DNA of 63,948 nucleotides, the filler included, from Dimargaris cristalligena (taxonomy: Eukaryota): NCBI GenBank assembly GCA_003614675.1. It is 4 parts of 4 records of this genome, joined end to end, with 100 filler letters (N's around TTAATTAATTAA, not from the genome) between each part and the next. Parts side by side here need not be neighbours in the genome. Positions count along the whole stretch, not along the records: positions 16,575 to 33,044 come from ML002844.1; positions 33,145 to 49,614 come from ML002845.1; 2 more parts are not named here. The stretch is one strand, 5' to 3'. Each line of letters opens with the position of its first letter. Within the stretch, counting starts at the first letter, position 1. Of the stretch, positions 24,696-37,417 are shown one piece after another. Below the pieces are notes generated by a model. That model searched no databases. It worked only from the letters and a program-made list of their open reading frames with translations, and had not been told where the DNA came from. The translations under genes were made by a program, and so were the position numbers.

Positions 24696-27600
24696 ATGGA
24701 CACTCCGAATGCCTCGTCTCAACAAGGCCCTCGCCCTGGCATGCCTCCCATGAATCTACCGGGCGGGGGTCCGTACCCCGGCTCCCCGGTACCGTCCATC
24801 AGCATGACCCCACGCTCAAGTGGATTCCGCCGCTTCCCCGTCACCGGCCGACCGTCCATCAGTGGTGGTGGTGGAGTCAGCGGTGGTCATCGCCCGGCAA
24901 TTGGTGGATTGGGACTGCCCAGCACCCCATTCGGGGGTGGCCCTTCCTTGGGACCCGGCTCCCCGTTTGGCACCAGGGCCCGACCTCCCGGCATGGACAA
25001 TCAAGCCGATCCCTTTCCACTAACCGCCACCCCGTCCGCCACGCTCGGCCGACTCCCCGACCATTTTTCATTGGAATCGACGCCGGCCCCGAATCGCCAT
25101 ATTTTTAGTACCTTTTCTCCGTTCCGGCAGACCACGGGCATCCCGCCTATGCACTCCGCCACCGCCTCGGTTCACTTGGAGGCGGAACGGCATTTCCCCC
25201 TGAACCTCGAGAAACCCTTGGCCGGATCGAGTGCGGATGCCAAGGCCCCCTCCGAACGGTCCGGCGCTCCATTGGACGAGGTGATTGATCGATTGCGGGG
25301 CTGGCGGCGATTCGCCATGGACGGGCTCATGTGGGACACCGCGGTTTACTGGGGGGAGAAGGTGCTCAGTATGACCCAGAACGTTTATGACCTCTACGCC
25401 CTCTGCTATATCCATATTGCCGCGGGTAATCTCCATCGGGCCGAGTACCTGCTCTTGGCCCACCCCCAATATGTCGCGTTTACGTATTCCAGCTGGGCGT
25501 GCCGCTACCTGGCCGCCCTGGCCTCCCTACAACTGGGGAAATACGCTGATACCTTGTGGATTCTCGGGGAACAGCCCCGGTATGGCAGCGGCGCCAGTGG
25601 CTTCGGAGTAGGGGGTGCCGGCCCTTCCTCCGCCTCCTCCCGACGCTTTTCGTCCACGGCTAAAGACGGCCGTACCTCCATTGGCGGGTCCATCGACCGC
25701 CGACCCCTGTGGAAGACATCGGCCAAGGGTTCTCGGCAAGGCCGATCGTCAGTAAGTGGCGGCCCGGCGGGGTCTAAGGCGCGGTATCCCCCCGACTTTC
25801 CCGATCTGCTCAATAGTCACCTAAGCACCCCCATATCCACCGCGCTAGACCGCGATCACCACGAATTTAAATTACCTCACACCGATGCCAAAACTCCCCA
25901 GCCGCCGACGACCCTATTGGGTCATTCCGGCGGCACCTTTCCCTCTCCGTTTGGACCTTCGCATGACCCTCCCATGTACATGACGGTAGCCGACACGCCC
26001 ACCAAGCCCAGCCAACCGGTCGGAACCATGTTGGCCGATGTCGACCTCCCCTCGGACTCAACTTTTCTGGCCAACCCCTTTACTCACCGGCTGGACTTTT
26101 TGGCCCCTCCGGCTCCGAGGACCGTCAAGTTCGCCACCCTCGATGGCTCTCCGGAATCCACCACCACGTCGACTGCCGATACTGCCACAACATCCATCCC
26201 TGCTAAACCCACCCATACTAAGCCGATGGAGACCACCTTCGGTCACCCCATGGTCTCCCCCTTTCCATCGACGAAGCCCCCCGTGGATTGGCCTGAGGAA
26301 GCGGGCTCTTTGAGACCTCCCAGCCCAGTAGGCATCAACTTTAATTCCGCCATTAGCTATCTACGTGGCCGGGCCTACCTGAATCAACAGGGTTTATTTC
26401 GGGCCAAGCAGAGTCTGAAGGAATCCGTTTTGTTCGATGTGCGGAACGTCCAGGCCTACCAGCTCATTCTGGATAGCCAACTCCTCACCCCAGCGGAGCT
26501 GCTACGGTTTGTGCACAACCTTCCCTTCCACGCCCAGTTGGGCTCCCTGGATGGTGACTTAGTGCGAGACCTATACCTTACCAAACTGAATACCCTCCAT
26601 CCCTACGCTAGCAGTGCCACACAACCGAGGAAGGGCGCTGTATCCCCGCCAACCATGGAAGCTCACCGCACCCCGGCCGATGAGAAACTAGACGCCCTCG
26701 TCCCCCTGGGATTCGAAACCGCCCTGACCAACCTAGTGGATCGTTTCCGGTTGCGCCATAACCCTGACCTCTGGACCGCTGGGGCCGAGCGGGCCTATGT
26801 TCGCGGCCAAATCCACGACTGTTTCACCTTGACCTCGGCCGTCCTACGGTCCGATCCCTACCACCTAGCCACTCTCCCCCTACATATCGCCTGCCTTTAT
26901 TCGCTCCGCATGAAGCACCAGCTGTTTTATTTGGCCCATGATTTGGTCGACTATTTCCATCACCATATATTAGCCCGGGCCAGTGCCCCCGCCATTGCGG
27001 TGTCCTCGGTTTCCACTGCCGCCGCTAGTCTGTTTCCCCCGGGTCGGTCACCGGGCCCCGCCCTCGCCGGGGATTCCGCACGGGGCCGGTTTGCCGACTC
27101 CCACGGCCTATGGCCCGATTCCACGGCAGCGGGCTCGGACGGCAATCCCTGGCGACCCCACGGTGCGTCCTCCGTATCGTTCCTAGCGGGCGCCGGCCCC
27201 ACCAGCGCCCAGGCCGACCGTTCGGCGATGATCACCCAAACCTCGAAGGAGTCGGCCCAGCCGATCCCCTGGTTTGCCGTGGGTTGCTACTACCTGCTCG
27301 TGGGCGATTACGCCCAAAGTCGCCGGTACTTCAGCCGGGCCTGCTCGCTAGACGCCCACTGTGGGCCGGCCTGGGTAGGATTTGCCCACTCCTTCGCCGC
27401 CGAAGCCGAGCACGAGCCGGCTACCACTGCCTATTCGGCTGCGTTCCGTCTCTTCCCGGGATCCCCGCTCCTCCCCCAATTCCTGGGCATGCAGTACCTC
27501 CAAATGGACAGTCTGGTCTTGGCCCAGGACTTCCTACTAACGGCCGTTCGTCACTGCGTAGGGGATTACCTTCACCACCACCGGCCAACGGCACCCCCAT

Positions 27601-28711
27601 CCTCGACCCGGGTGACCGAACTCACCGAAGACCCTCTGCCACCATTAGGGCCACCCACTGCTAATCGGGAAGTCCGGGTCCAAGGTGCCACGATACCATT
27701 TGCCCAGGCGATGTCAGACACCGGGGCGGCCCACCAGCTCGCGGATACCCTGGTCAATTCCTCGCTCCTCAACGAATTGGGCACGCTGGCCTATAAACAA
27801 GGCCGATACCCTGTCGCCCTCGTCTATTTAGAAAGAGCCGAGGCTGTGCTGGCCCAACCGGACCCGGCCTTTCGCTCCGCTGTGGTTGCGCTCCTAGGCG
27901 ACTCCGCCCCACCGGGTTTAACCCCTTCCGTTTCCTCAGCCACAACTGCGGCAAAGAACCCCGGCCAGTACGGCTCCGGATCGCTCTTCACGGCCAACGG
28001 CACCGTGGCCCCCGTGGTGGCATCGGGCCTCGAAACTATTTGGGTAAATTTGGCCCATACTCATCGACAGCTAAGACAATACCCCGAGGCCCTAAAATAT
28101 CTGGAAAAAGTTCGGGCCGTATCACCGCACGACTGTAATGTACTAACCACCATGGCCATGATATACCATATCCTGGGTCAGTTGGATGAAGCGATCATGT
28201 TATACCACCAGGTAAGTATAGGGCGAACGATACATTAAGCTGATGGGTGTTGCACTACGAATTGACAGTCTAGCATTCTTATGTTGGTTTGCTAATCTAT
28301 TAAAACTTTTTCTAATGTAAACATCTATGGCAACATTATTTCCTCTATTTTTTTACCTATACCCTGCATTAGATCCTTTCCGTTCAACCTAATGATATAT
28401 CAAGTTCCAAACTTCTTCAGCTTGCCGTGGAACAAATGACCCGGCGCCAGGGTTTACCTGAATCGATCGAAGCCCTGCCCGAGCGCCACTTAACCCCCGA
28501 CCGGGACAGTGGCGAGAGAAGCCATTCGATTTCCCAACCCACCCCACGGTCTCCGGCCCGAAATGGCCCGGTAGACGCTAACACATTTACCGTGGCCGTG
28601 CCCCAACCTCGCCCCCCAGGCAGGTTTGCCTGGACTACCACCTCCTCAGTCGAACCTGGTCCAAACTACGATGAGTCCGATATGGAAATGGAAATTGAAG
28701 AGGATTTGTAA
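24696..28711 (+). CDS. CDC16: Anaphase-promoting complex TPR subunit Cdc16/Cut9/APC6; exons 24696-28211 and 28373-28711; about 1284 aa
   Basis: LRGWRRFAMDGLMWDTAVYWGEKVLSMT, LFYLAHDLVD, WFAVGCYYL...SRRYFSRA, GPAWVGFAHSFAAEAEHE.A..AYS.A.RLF.G, LLNELG, WVNLAHTHRQL, and an acidic DMEME tail. Confidence 0.92.
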
Positions 28712-31700
28712 AATAGGTTGACATACCATCAAACGGAGTGTTATATTTTTAAGGAATGTTTAATTATTGGTGCTATAATTCAAAGCGAATGCTTGTCATC
28801 CGATCAACTATATACCGCTAGTTCACTGGTAGTAAATTGTCTAGGGTGCCGAGTTAATATGGACACTAATGCATTCCTGCTTTTCTAGGACTCCCCATCG
28901 TAATAAAATACCTAAGCAGCACCAACAGCCAATTTCCTCAGAATAAGGATACCTAACCGCAATAGAGCGTCGTGAATTGTTGCCATTATATTAGACTTTG
29001 AAGCACTACGAATACAGCAATCCCGTACGGCTATTTAATGAAGCAAAAGAAGGAATTAACACTCAATGGCATAATTGATCAAATGTGATAATGAAATGGA
29101 GAAGAATCGAGTGTGCGAGCCGACGTAGTGTTTCAAGGCGGGTGAGAGAGTTAGGATACGATAATTCGAGTCCTAATGGCTGCCCAAGAAGTTTACCCTT
29201 GCCAATCGACACGATTTTCCTTCGGGATTAACATAGAGTAAGAATTGAGAAAAGGGCCGAAGTGGCAAATCGACCTGAAGCCAATACCCTGTGAAATATA
29301 ATATTCGATAGTAGCATTACCGCCGCAACAGTGGACTCCATTAATTTACCCGGCTCGGCCGCACCCAAACAACCACCAATGCCAATATATATTTTTATTT
29401 GTGAAACAGAAACGAAGTCTGGCATTGTCACTGGGATTATACTGGCCCAGTTGGTAATGTAAAACGAAGAAGGACGGAGCTCGGTTGCCCGTACCTGCGT
29501 TTCTCTTTTGGATTATTTTAGAGCGAGTAGACTTGATGACTATTGGAGAAATCTGGCCCGGCTATATTCCCAAACCCCTGGTTGATAAGACAGGCACTAC
29601 CGGCTAAAAATAGAATCATATCCCATGTTGACATTGTAATAGTCAAACTCTCCAATTATAATTTTCACTATTAGCGGCCAATTGGAGCAAACTGCGCCTT
29701 ATCTATAGTACTGTGAAACCTGACGGAAATCAACATATAGTTGGTACTTCGCCACAACTAGTTCAGGGGAGGTTCACTTTTCTTTCTTAGCACACTGAAT
29801 ATTGTAATTATACAAAATCGGTTACTTTACACTTTATAATAAGGAAAAGTCCCAAGTGTAGGACGAGTCAATCAGAGGGATAGGATCGGTGGGACGCAGG
29901 AAATGAATTTCTAACAGTTATGGCCACCACTCTAATGCCCTAGATAATATAATGATAACAATAGCCCTACTTACCCCAAACGGTGTGTTTGTGAAGGTGG
30001 GAAAAGAAGGGGGTGATCGTATGAAACGACGGACAGCAAGATTGAACATAACTGGACCAGGGCGTGTCATGTGATACACCAACAATCGTTACATCTGCCA
30101 ATTGAGCGCTAATGTAGTGCTGGGAGGACGTCGGCGATCAGCTTTCAGTATCCGGATATCAATTCACCCAGCGATTATCATGGAAAAACTGGCGATTATC
30201 GATTATTCCAACGTTTGCGAAAGAATTCCAATTGATATGCCGAATTCCGGGTGAATTTTTCCACGCCTTCGGGACATTAATTCCCGATTAGTAATTTCGA
30301 TTCTATGATGGTGACCATGTGATACGATGAATTAATGACGATAACTAGAAATGTGGAATGCTACTTGACAAATCTATAATGATTGTTCGCGACCCTGGTC
30401 CAGGGAGCCCTCTTCCACTTTGGAAAACACGCGTACTTGTTCATAGCCATTTTCTATCCACATTGGCTCAACAAAAATAATTATTCTTAAAAAATATTTT
30501 TTTATTTTAAACAGCATTATTCCTTTATATTTTAATACCCCGACCGTTTAAATTAATATATCTCGCCCTCCCCTGTTTTCTTCTCAGCAGCCAACGTCCC
30601 TCAGTTTTTCGGTCAGAAGATGCCCCCTTCGACGCTTGTACATCCTGTACAGGAGCCCATGGCGCCCAGTTGCATTCATAAGCCTAGCGCCAGATGGACG
30701 ATCCCTGACAGCTATTCATTGAGTAATGTACATTTTTACGCAGAGAGCTGTTATGGAGCAACCAGTCTGACAAGCCATACTGGGGTATCCTGTGACTCTG
30801 TATAATTTCTGCTGGTTCGCTCAATTATTCCCGGATTACCTGTCGGGGAAAGGATACGGGGGTATTTGCGGCTAGCTACCAGTAAATTGACCAGGGCAGA
30901 TGTTGGTCATTGTACGACCAGCCCAAATAGCCGACGATAACTACGTTGCGGGATAAGCTAACAAGGGGCGAAAACAGTAAGGTTGCAATGATCTACTAGA
31001 GCTTCCCTCAAAAAAAAAAAAAAAGGGCTGGTACATGGGAATGCCAAACTTCATTTACGAGGCTGTAACGGTCCACCCGGCCAATATTAGGGCCCGTGCC
31101 ACATACAGCAGGATAGGCGGATTTGCCCTGTCGGCCCTTGTCAAAACCAACTGTTCCAGCATTCCCCTTGCTCTGGGAGGCTCTTTCTTGTTCCCAATGT
31201 CCTCTATATTATATTACGGCCATCTTGTATGAAACGTGACAAGTCAAATGGACGTATGGAATTTACTAGTCAAAGGTCAATCATAATACGCCCGTCCAGC
31301 GATCATTTTAAATTTCCCGAAATCAAGGGGGTTGCACTTAATATAGCTAAGTGGATGTAGGATTAGAGTTTCATTAAACCCCGAAATACAGTGGAACAGT
31401 GGCCAATGATCCTTGATCAGGAGATAAGAGAAATAGGACAGATCCAAGAACCCCCATCACAATGATTAACCCAGGCCAAGTTAGGCTTGTCATGGATGAA
31501 ATCCAGTACAGCTGTATACGAATTGCAATGATAAGTCAATGGGAAAAAAGCCATGTAATTCATTTTCCCCAGTAGGATAGCCTCATCCAACGGGTTGTTC
31601 GGTTGTTAGCCTAATTGAGCCCTAGCCATATACCACATTATTTTCCAGTGTCCTATGGCAGCATACTAGTAGAGTCAGGGCAGCCCCCTTCTGCAGTCCG

Positions 31701-31928
31701 CCCAGTGTTCTTACATTCTAGAATTCATATATAAATTAACAACCATTCCCCCCTCCAATTTACTCAATACCTAGCATTCCACCAACTCCCACTCATCACT
31801 CGACAACACCAAATGCTTTCCCTCCTCCACTGTATTCCTTTAATATTGCAATTAGGCCAATCCCTTCTGATCTTGATATCCCGACCCGCTTGCTTAAGCC
31901 TACCGCCTCTTCCCAATCCAGTCCAACC

Positions 31929-32108
31929 ATGAATTACACCATTTCCCTCGTCCTCGCCTTAGCCCTGGCCACCACCATGGTTGCATCTGCCGCCACTCCA
32001 ATCACCCACACGGCATTAGCCAAGTGCGTGTCCGAGCTGCTTCAAACCGAGCCCATCGTTCCCGAAGAGGCCCCAGTGACTCATTTCGGTCGCCCTAACC
32101 GCTTGTAG
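31929..32108 (+). CDS. Small secreted protein (59 aa), possibly truncated by a premature TAG; the frame stays open to 32234
   Basis: TATATAAA at about 31728, C-rich leader, acc-ATG. Signal peptide MNYTISLVLALALATTMVASA, then TALAKC. 41 more open codons follow the TAG. Confidence 0.65.
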   Translation: MNYTISLVLALALATTMVASAATPITHTALAKCVSELLQTEPIVPEEAPVTHFGRPNRL

Positions 32109-32884
32109 GAACACCCACACTGCTCCTTGCAGTGGTCTAACCCTAAACTGCAGGCATCTCAGGCCAAACGGTCGCCTAATCCAATAATTGCCCCCAAGAC
32201 ATCCGATGAGCTGGCACCAATATATGATGATTGACAAGTGGTTCAATCTGATGAGTATGGATCTAATAAGCCAATTTCTGCTGGAAGCTTAGTGCATTTT
32301 TTTGGAATACCCTGCTTTTTTCTGAGGGTTGGGCGTAGCCCACTCAATTATTATGTTACGTAATTTAATTATCCCATTTATTTATTCACAGAGTAGGTGC
32401 CGACTAGTTTGATAGTGATATTTACCTGTTTTTTAAAATAAATTCATAAGCTCAATAACTAAACGTTACTCGTAATATAAAGGGTATTCAGGGAGGGGTT
32501 GAGTATGAGGAGCACAGTCAGCTAATTTGATGTAAGTCAAGCAGTACAGTCATCCGACAAAGCATTCAGCATGTGTAATTTATACAAGTGAAGATAATCC
32601 ACCATTACTTAGTTTAACAATTAGGACAACCACTATCCTGAAGTATGCCTATTTAGATTGTTTCAAGTGGTTTTTTTCTCAGAGCTGCTATCATTTGTAT
32701 ATTTTTGCATTGTATATAACATCTCCCATTGATCATCCCTGCATATTACCCTACATTTGGCATATCTTTATTTTAACTATTTAATCCCAACCTTAAAAAT
32801 ATTAATATTATATACCCTAATGATAAAGAGTCCACTCTAATTAATCTGCTGTCATTGTTTTTTACATTCTACTTTTATTTATGG

Positions 32885-33044
32885 CACCTGGGTTAACCAC
32901 TCTTAGTCTGTCAAGAGTCCTGAGGATAGGCTTCTAATGGTAGGCAGGGCTTAGACTTAGCTAAGTAAGCTACTAGTGCCAGGTACAGGCATAGTACTAA
33001 CTAATAAAGGCTAAGTACAGGTATAGGTAAGGGATATGCAGCAG
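32885..33044 (-). repeat. Third copy of the degenerate repeat, running into the contig end
   Basis: caagagt.ctgagg.taggcttctaatggtagg...tactaactaataaaggcta is shared with 17800-17900. Confidence 0.8.
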
Positions 33045-33144
33045 NNNNNNNNNNNNNNNNNNNNNNNNNNNNNNNNNNNNNNNNNNNNTTAATTAATTAA
33101 NNNNNNNNNNNNNNNNNNNNNNNNNNNNNNNNNNNNNNNNNNNN
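33045..33144. other. Artificial contig linker
   Basis: 44N-TTAATTAATTAA-44N. Confidence 0.97.
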
Positions 33145-35790
33145 AATGGGGAAAATAGGTTAAGTTAGTAAACAGCTCATCGGCATATGGACCCGTATAC
33201 AGTCAAACCAGCTGGCGTAATTATAATCAAGCACTAATACTAGGTCGAAGAATCCGATCCCAAGTGGAATCGGCCAGTAGTGGGGTTCTAGCTGCCATTT
33301 AATACTGCGACGGGATAGCCCAAGTGGATTTACAATGTCAAATTTCGCCCATAGTTAAAGGGATGTTGTTCAAATCCGCGGCCTGTGAGGAGCCAAGGGC
33401 ATGGTTAGATGGAGTCGACCAATTTGAGGGTGGTTGATTAGTTACTTCCCAGGAAGACACTAGTGGCATTTGGTGACGTGGTCGAACAGTAGGGAGTGTA
33501 TGGGGGAAATTGCATTGATAGACGCGAGGGTTGATAACGACCTAACTGAATGGGGTGATACGGGCTGCTTAGACGGATTGGGGTAGTGGATGCAGTCTTG
33601 GACCTGCTGGGGATTCGGGGACCTTGAGTAAGATTCCGTTGGTTGGATAGGGTCGACTTTACCGCACGCATTTGAATGTCAGTCACAGTAGTTAATTTTC
33701 TTGGGATTGCGATGGGGTAGGCCGATTTTGAATGGTTTCCCTTGGGCGTTGGGTGGTTGACTTTGCCATAATTAACCTGTGGAGTGGCTCGGGGGATTTG
33801 AATAGGCGTTCTGTTTGAGTCGCTGGGGTTGGGTGAATAGTCGGGTAGTTGGCCTTGGACTACAAGGCCAAAGGCGATCACACGAGAAATCAACTCGAAG
33901 GACAGGTCCTGATTTAAGATAAATGATTATGTATACACAATAAAATAGTACGGTGGGCATTAGACATAAGGTTATTACATAATAACTTGTCAAAGACTTT
34001 CCAGTAAATAATTTATCTGAAAATGGTCACTGATTAGTGATAGCTGGCCGGGCATGCCTTGGAAGCGGAGCTGGAGGCACGGTGACCCATGGTGTGGGGT
34101 GGACAGGACTGATAAATATCGGTAGAGGTCATGGTAAAAGGCAAGTTAGTTGGTGTCTAAACAAGTGAGACAAGCAGATGGAGGAATAAAAGATGGCAGG
34201 GCAATATTGCCATTGCCCGTAAAAGTGAATCCAAGCTGGCGGGTGATACAAGGTATATGGTATGGAAGCTGAATATGGAAGCGAGGGCGGGGGTGGGAAA
34301 GGGAGAGTGGAAGGCATTCGATATCGAGGGGCCGATTATATATATTGGGGGACATTATTAGTGGCCAGTCTTAGCCCATTGTTTTGGTAAATATACGTTT
34401 TCCTTATATTTAATGGGTAGTGCAACCCCTGCTATACATAATCACCGAAATCATGTAATAGATATATGGCTACTGCCTAGTAGTCCCCTTGAGTGGTTTT
34501 ACGTGAAGATATTATGCAGTGGATGCAACCACAGAGGAGGCCGGAGTACTCCAATCCTCGTCTTTACCACTTGCATCTTGCTGTACCGCACTGCTTTATT
34601 AGCCGTCTAACCTCTGCCCAATAATAATATATGTATGGATAATTATGCGATGCTCTTAGAGAGAGAGTGGCCTGGTTACGAGGTAGGTAAATTAAGAGAC
34701 GCTAACCGTAACTATCTGCTGTACTGTTCCCTGTATAAAGCAAGTAATGCACCGGCCATTTACTGTGAGGATGCTATAGCAACATGAAAGAGATATGGCC
34801 AGAATGTAGTACGGCTGTTTGGGATTCTGAATGGAATGTGGATGCGTGATAATAGACACTAAATCTAATTTCATCAGTAAACCCTGTCTTATCAACCAGG
34901 GTTTTCGTTCAACAGCGGAACTGGACCTATTTCTCATTAACTTTATAGATCATTTTCTTAATACCCACCTCCCACAAAGGATGTATTTGGCCTATATATC
35001 ACAAAGAATACAGAACCAACTATTCCATAAGGGAATTCGAAGGGGGAAAGGTTGGGCCAGTCGCTGGTTGTTAGGTGAAGGGGTTCATGTCATGCGAACC
35101 GAGAAATGGTGATTTACCTTGTAGGCATTTACACCTTCTTGGAGAATTTTATTCTGAATTTCTAGGGTTGGCTCACAGTACTTTTACGGGGGTCTGCTTG
35201 GGCTGGACCAAGCCCATATTATCTCCGAAGGAATTTTGTGTTGCAAGCAGTATGTATAAATTTCCTGAAGTCAGCCGTGTTATTATTTCCTATTGTTGAG
35301 ATGTAGAGCAAACGGTTTGGCTAGGGTAGAGTAGTAGTGGTGTCCATTTTGCCGAACCCCAACCAAAGCGGGGAAATAAATGGAGAACCAATCGAAAACC
35401 CGGGACCATGCCACTGGCGAACTCCTGGACTAATGAATTATATAGCTTGTGCGTAGTTGCTATTATAGGGGCTCTTTCGTTTGGTAAGTATGTGTGGTGT
35501 CTCTGTCTTCCCTTCCCCAATCACCAGCCCCCCCATCAAAGTGCGAAATTTACTATTCTCCAAAGCCTTGAGAGAGAAGAGAGTGGGAGAGGAGGCCTAG
35601 CCCTACCAACTGCTGTTATCCTGTCAGGTTAAGTCCCGCTGTTCCTTTACTTGTGTGTGTATACTTTGTCACCAATTCCTCGGTTTGCATTCATTCGCTT
35701 TTCGCCCTTTTCCTCGGTGATCTTGTGCCCTACGCTTCTTTCTAAGTTACCTCTTGGATTCACCTATCCCCCAATCTCTCGCTATCAAAA

Positions 35791-36613
35791 ATGACCTCGC
35801 CTCTTGTTAAAGTAAGTCACCAGCGGATCTCACTTCGGCACTGTTGGGTTGCTCGGCCCTTTTGAAGGCCTCTTTGGTCCATTTCAGGGAGCCCGCCGCT
35901 CAAAACCCTCCTGGATCCACGGATTGCCTGCCAAGACATACACCCCCCATCCATTCATGGGACCCTAGCATGCGCCACTCTGGGGCAGGGTGGTATATAG
36001 AGGCCAAATTATGACTATATATATTCCCGTATAGTCACCACCAGGTTGACTAGAAAACGATTACCCCAGCCATTCCGTTAATCTAGCACCTTTCTCAATC
36101 GACTAACTTATATTGCACCAATTGCTTATGAACCATGTTTATTTTTTTTGTTAAAAAAAAAACTATAGTACCTTCGTTATGGCGCCCTGGCCTCCGGCCT
36201 CGTCTACGGTTACGTGCACAACAACACCCTACTACAAAACAAGGGAGAGGAAGCTAAGCGCGAGGAATACCGGCATTACGAGAACCTGATTGCCAAGGCT
36301 AAGAATGAGTACGCCCAGCTTAAGGCCGCCCAGTCCACCGCCGAAGGTAGGTTACGAGTCCCTCTATCTATTACTATCCTACGACTATTTACATCGCTGT
36401 GTACGATACTAGTCGCCATTTGCCCCGGATGCTCTCTATTTTGATTTGATATTGCTATGCGCGGTCTAACCCAGTCACTATCTATATCCTTACTTCCATT
36501 TACCCGTTGGGTTTGTATCCCATTTGGTCTCACTAGTGATCTCCGACCCTGAGAACCCCCAATTTGACCTCGAGAAGTACCTGAACTACGTCGACTCGTC
36601 GTCCAAGGCCTAA
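35791..36613 (+). CDS. TIM11: Mitochondrial ATP synthase subunit e; exons 35791-35811, 36169-36346, 36537-36613; 91 aa
   Basis: MTSPLVK|YLRYGALASGLVYGYVH has the GxxxG transmembrane motif, then the coiled coil ENLIAKAKNEYA and C-terminal VISDPENPQFDLEKYL. GT..AG introns in phase. Confidence 0.9.
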
Positions 36614-37066
36614 ATTCATCGCTAACCCGACTATTTTTTTTTTGTTCTTCTCTATGTTCGCGAGCGATTGCCGGTTATCCGGCTTTCATGCCTTATCCCA
36701 GGCAACCTTAAGGGCTTAGTGCTTAATCTCTCTGAATTTTACGGCGAGTAGCTATTTATACACTCTGGGACTTTACCCTACAATCTGCTTCACCAATCAT
36801 CGTTTATTTCTAGAAAACCCCCTATTAAACCACTTTGGTTCAATCTAGCGTCTTTCGACACGACTTGAGGGGTGACTGTATAGTTCAAGGGGTTTCGGGC
36901 CCTTCTAATACAGGTATGGGCTAGTTTCGGTACTATGTCTCCCAGTAACCAGCAATAGTCCATTGTGAATACCTTTAAAATGGAGGAGATTGCATCATAA
37001 TTTATTATGCCAGTCAAGTGACCACGTCACTGGAAATCTTCAAATATAGACTAGGATGGGGTATTT

Positions 37067-37210
37067 ATATGGGAGAAGTTCATTCAGGCTGTATAATGAA
37101 AAATCCATTGGATGAGGCCAATATTACTGGTTAAAAGCTATTCTCACATATATTCACCCATACATGTATCATATAAGACCTTAAACAGCTGGTTTGAATT
37201 TCACCCATAT
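37067..37210. mobile_element. MITE-like element (144 bp) with imperfect 25-bp terminal inverted repeats
   Basis: Left end ATATGGGAGAAGTTCATTCAGGCTG versus reverse complement of the right end ATATGGGTGAAATTCAAACCAGCTG (19/25). Near-identical inverted copy at 54165-54305. Confidence 0.75.
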
Positions 37211-37417
37211 GCATTGTGGTTTAAAAGGTAATAATTTAATCGCAGTGGAGGGATTGATATAGCAAGACCGCCGTAATGAATTGGTACAAGTTAATATAAT
37301 AGGGTTAACAGCAATTTCACTGTCAACTAATAATAATAATAATATATATATATATATATATGTATCGTATACAGGTGCCCAACCCGGGCGGTGCTATAGT
37401 CTAGATATACCCGCGTT

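Noticed and set aside
33438-33893. 151-aa Pro/Ser/Thr-rich minus-strand ORF
   Set aside because: Non-ATG start, no recognisable domain and no consistent exon model. It may be a gene relic but is unsupported.
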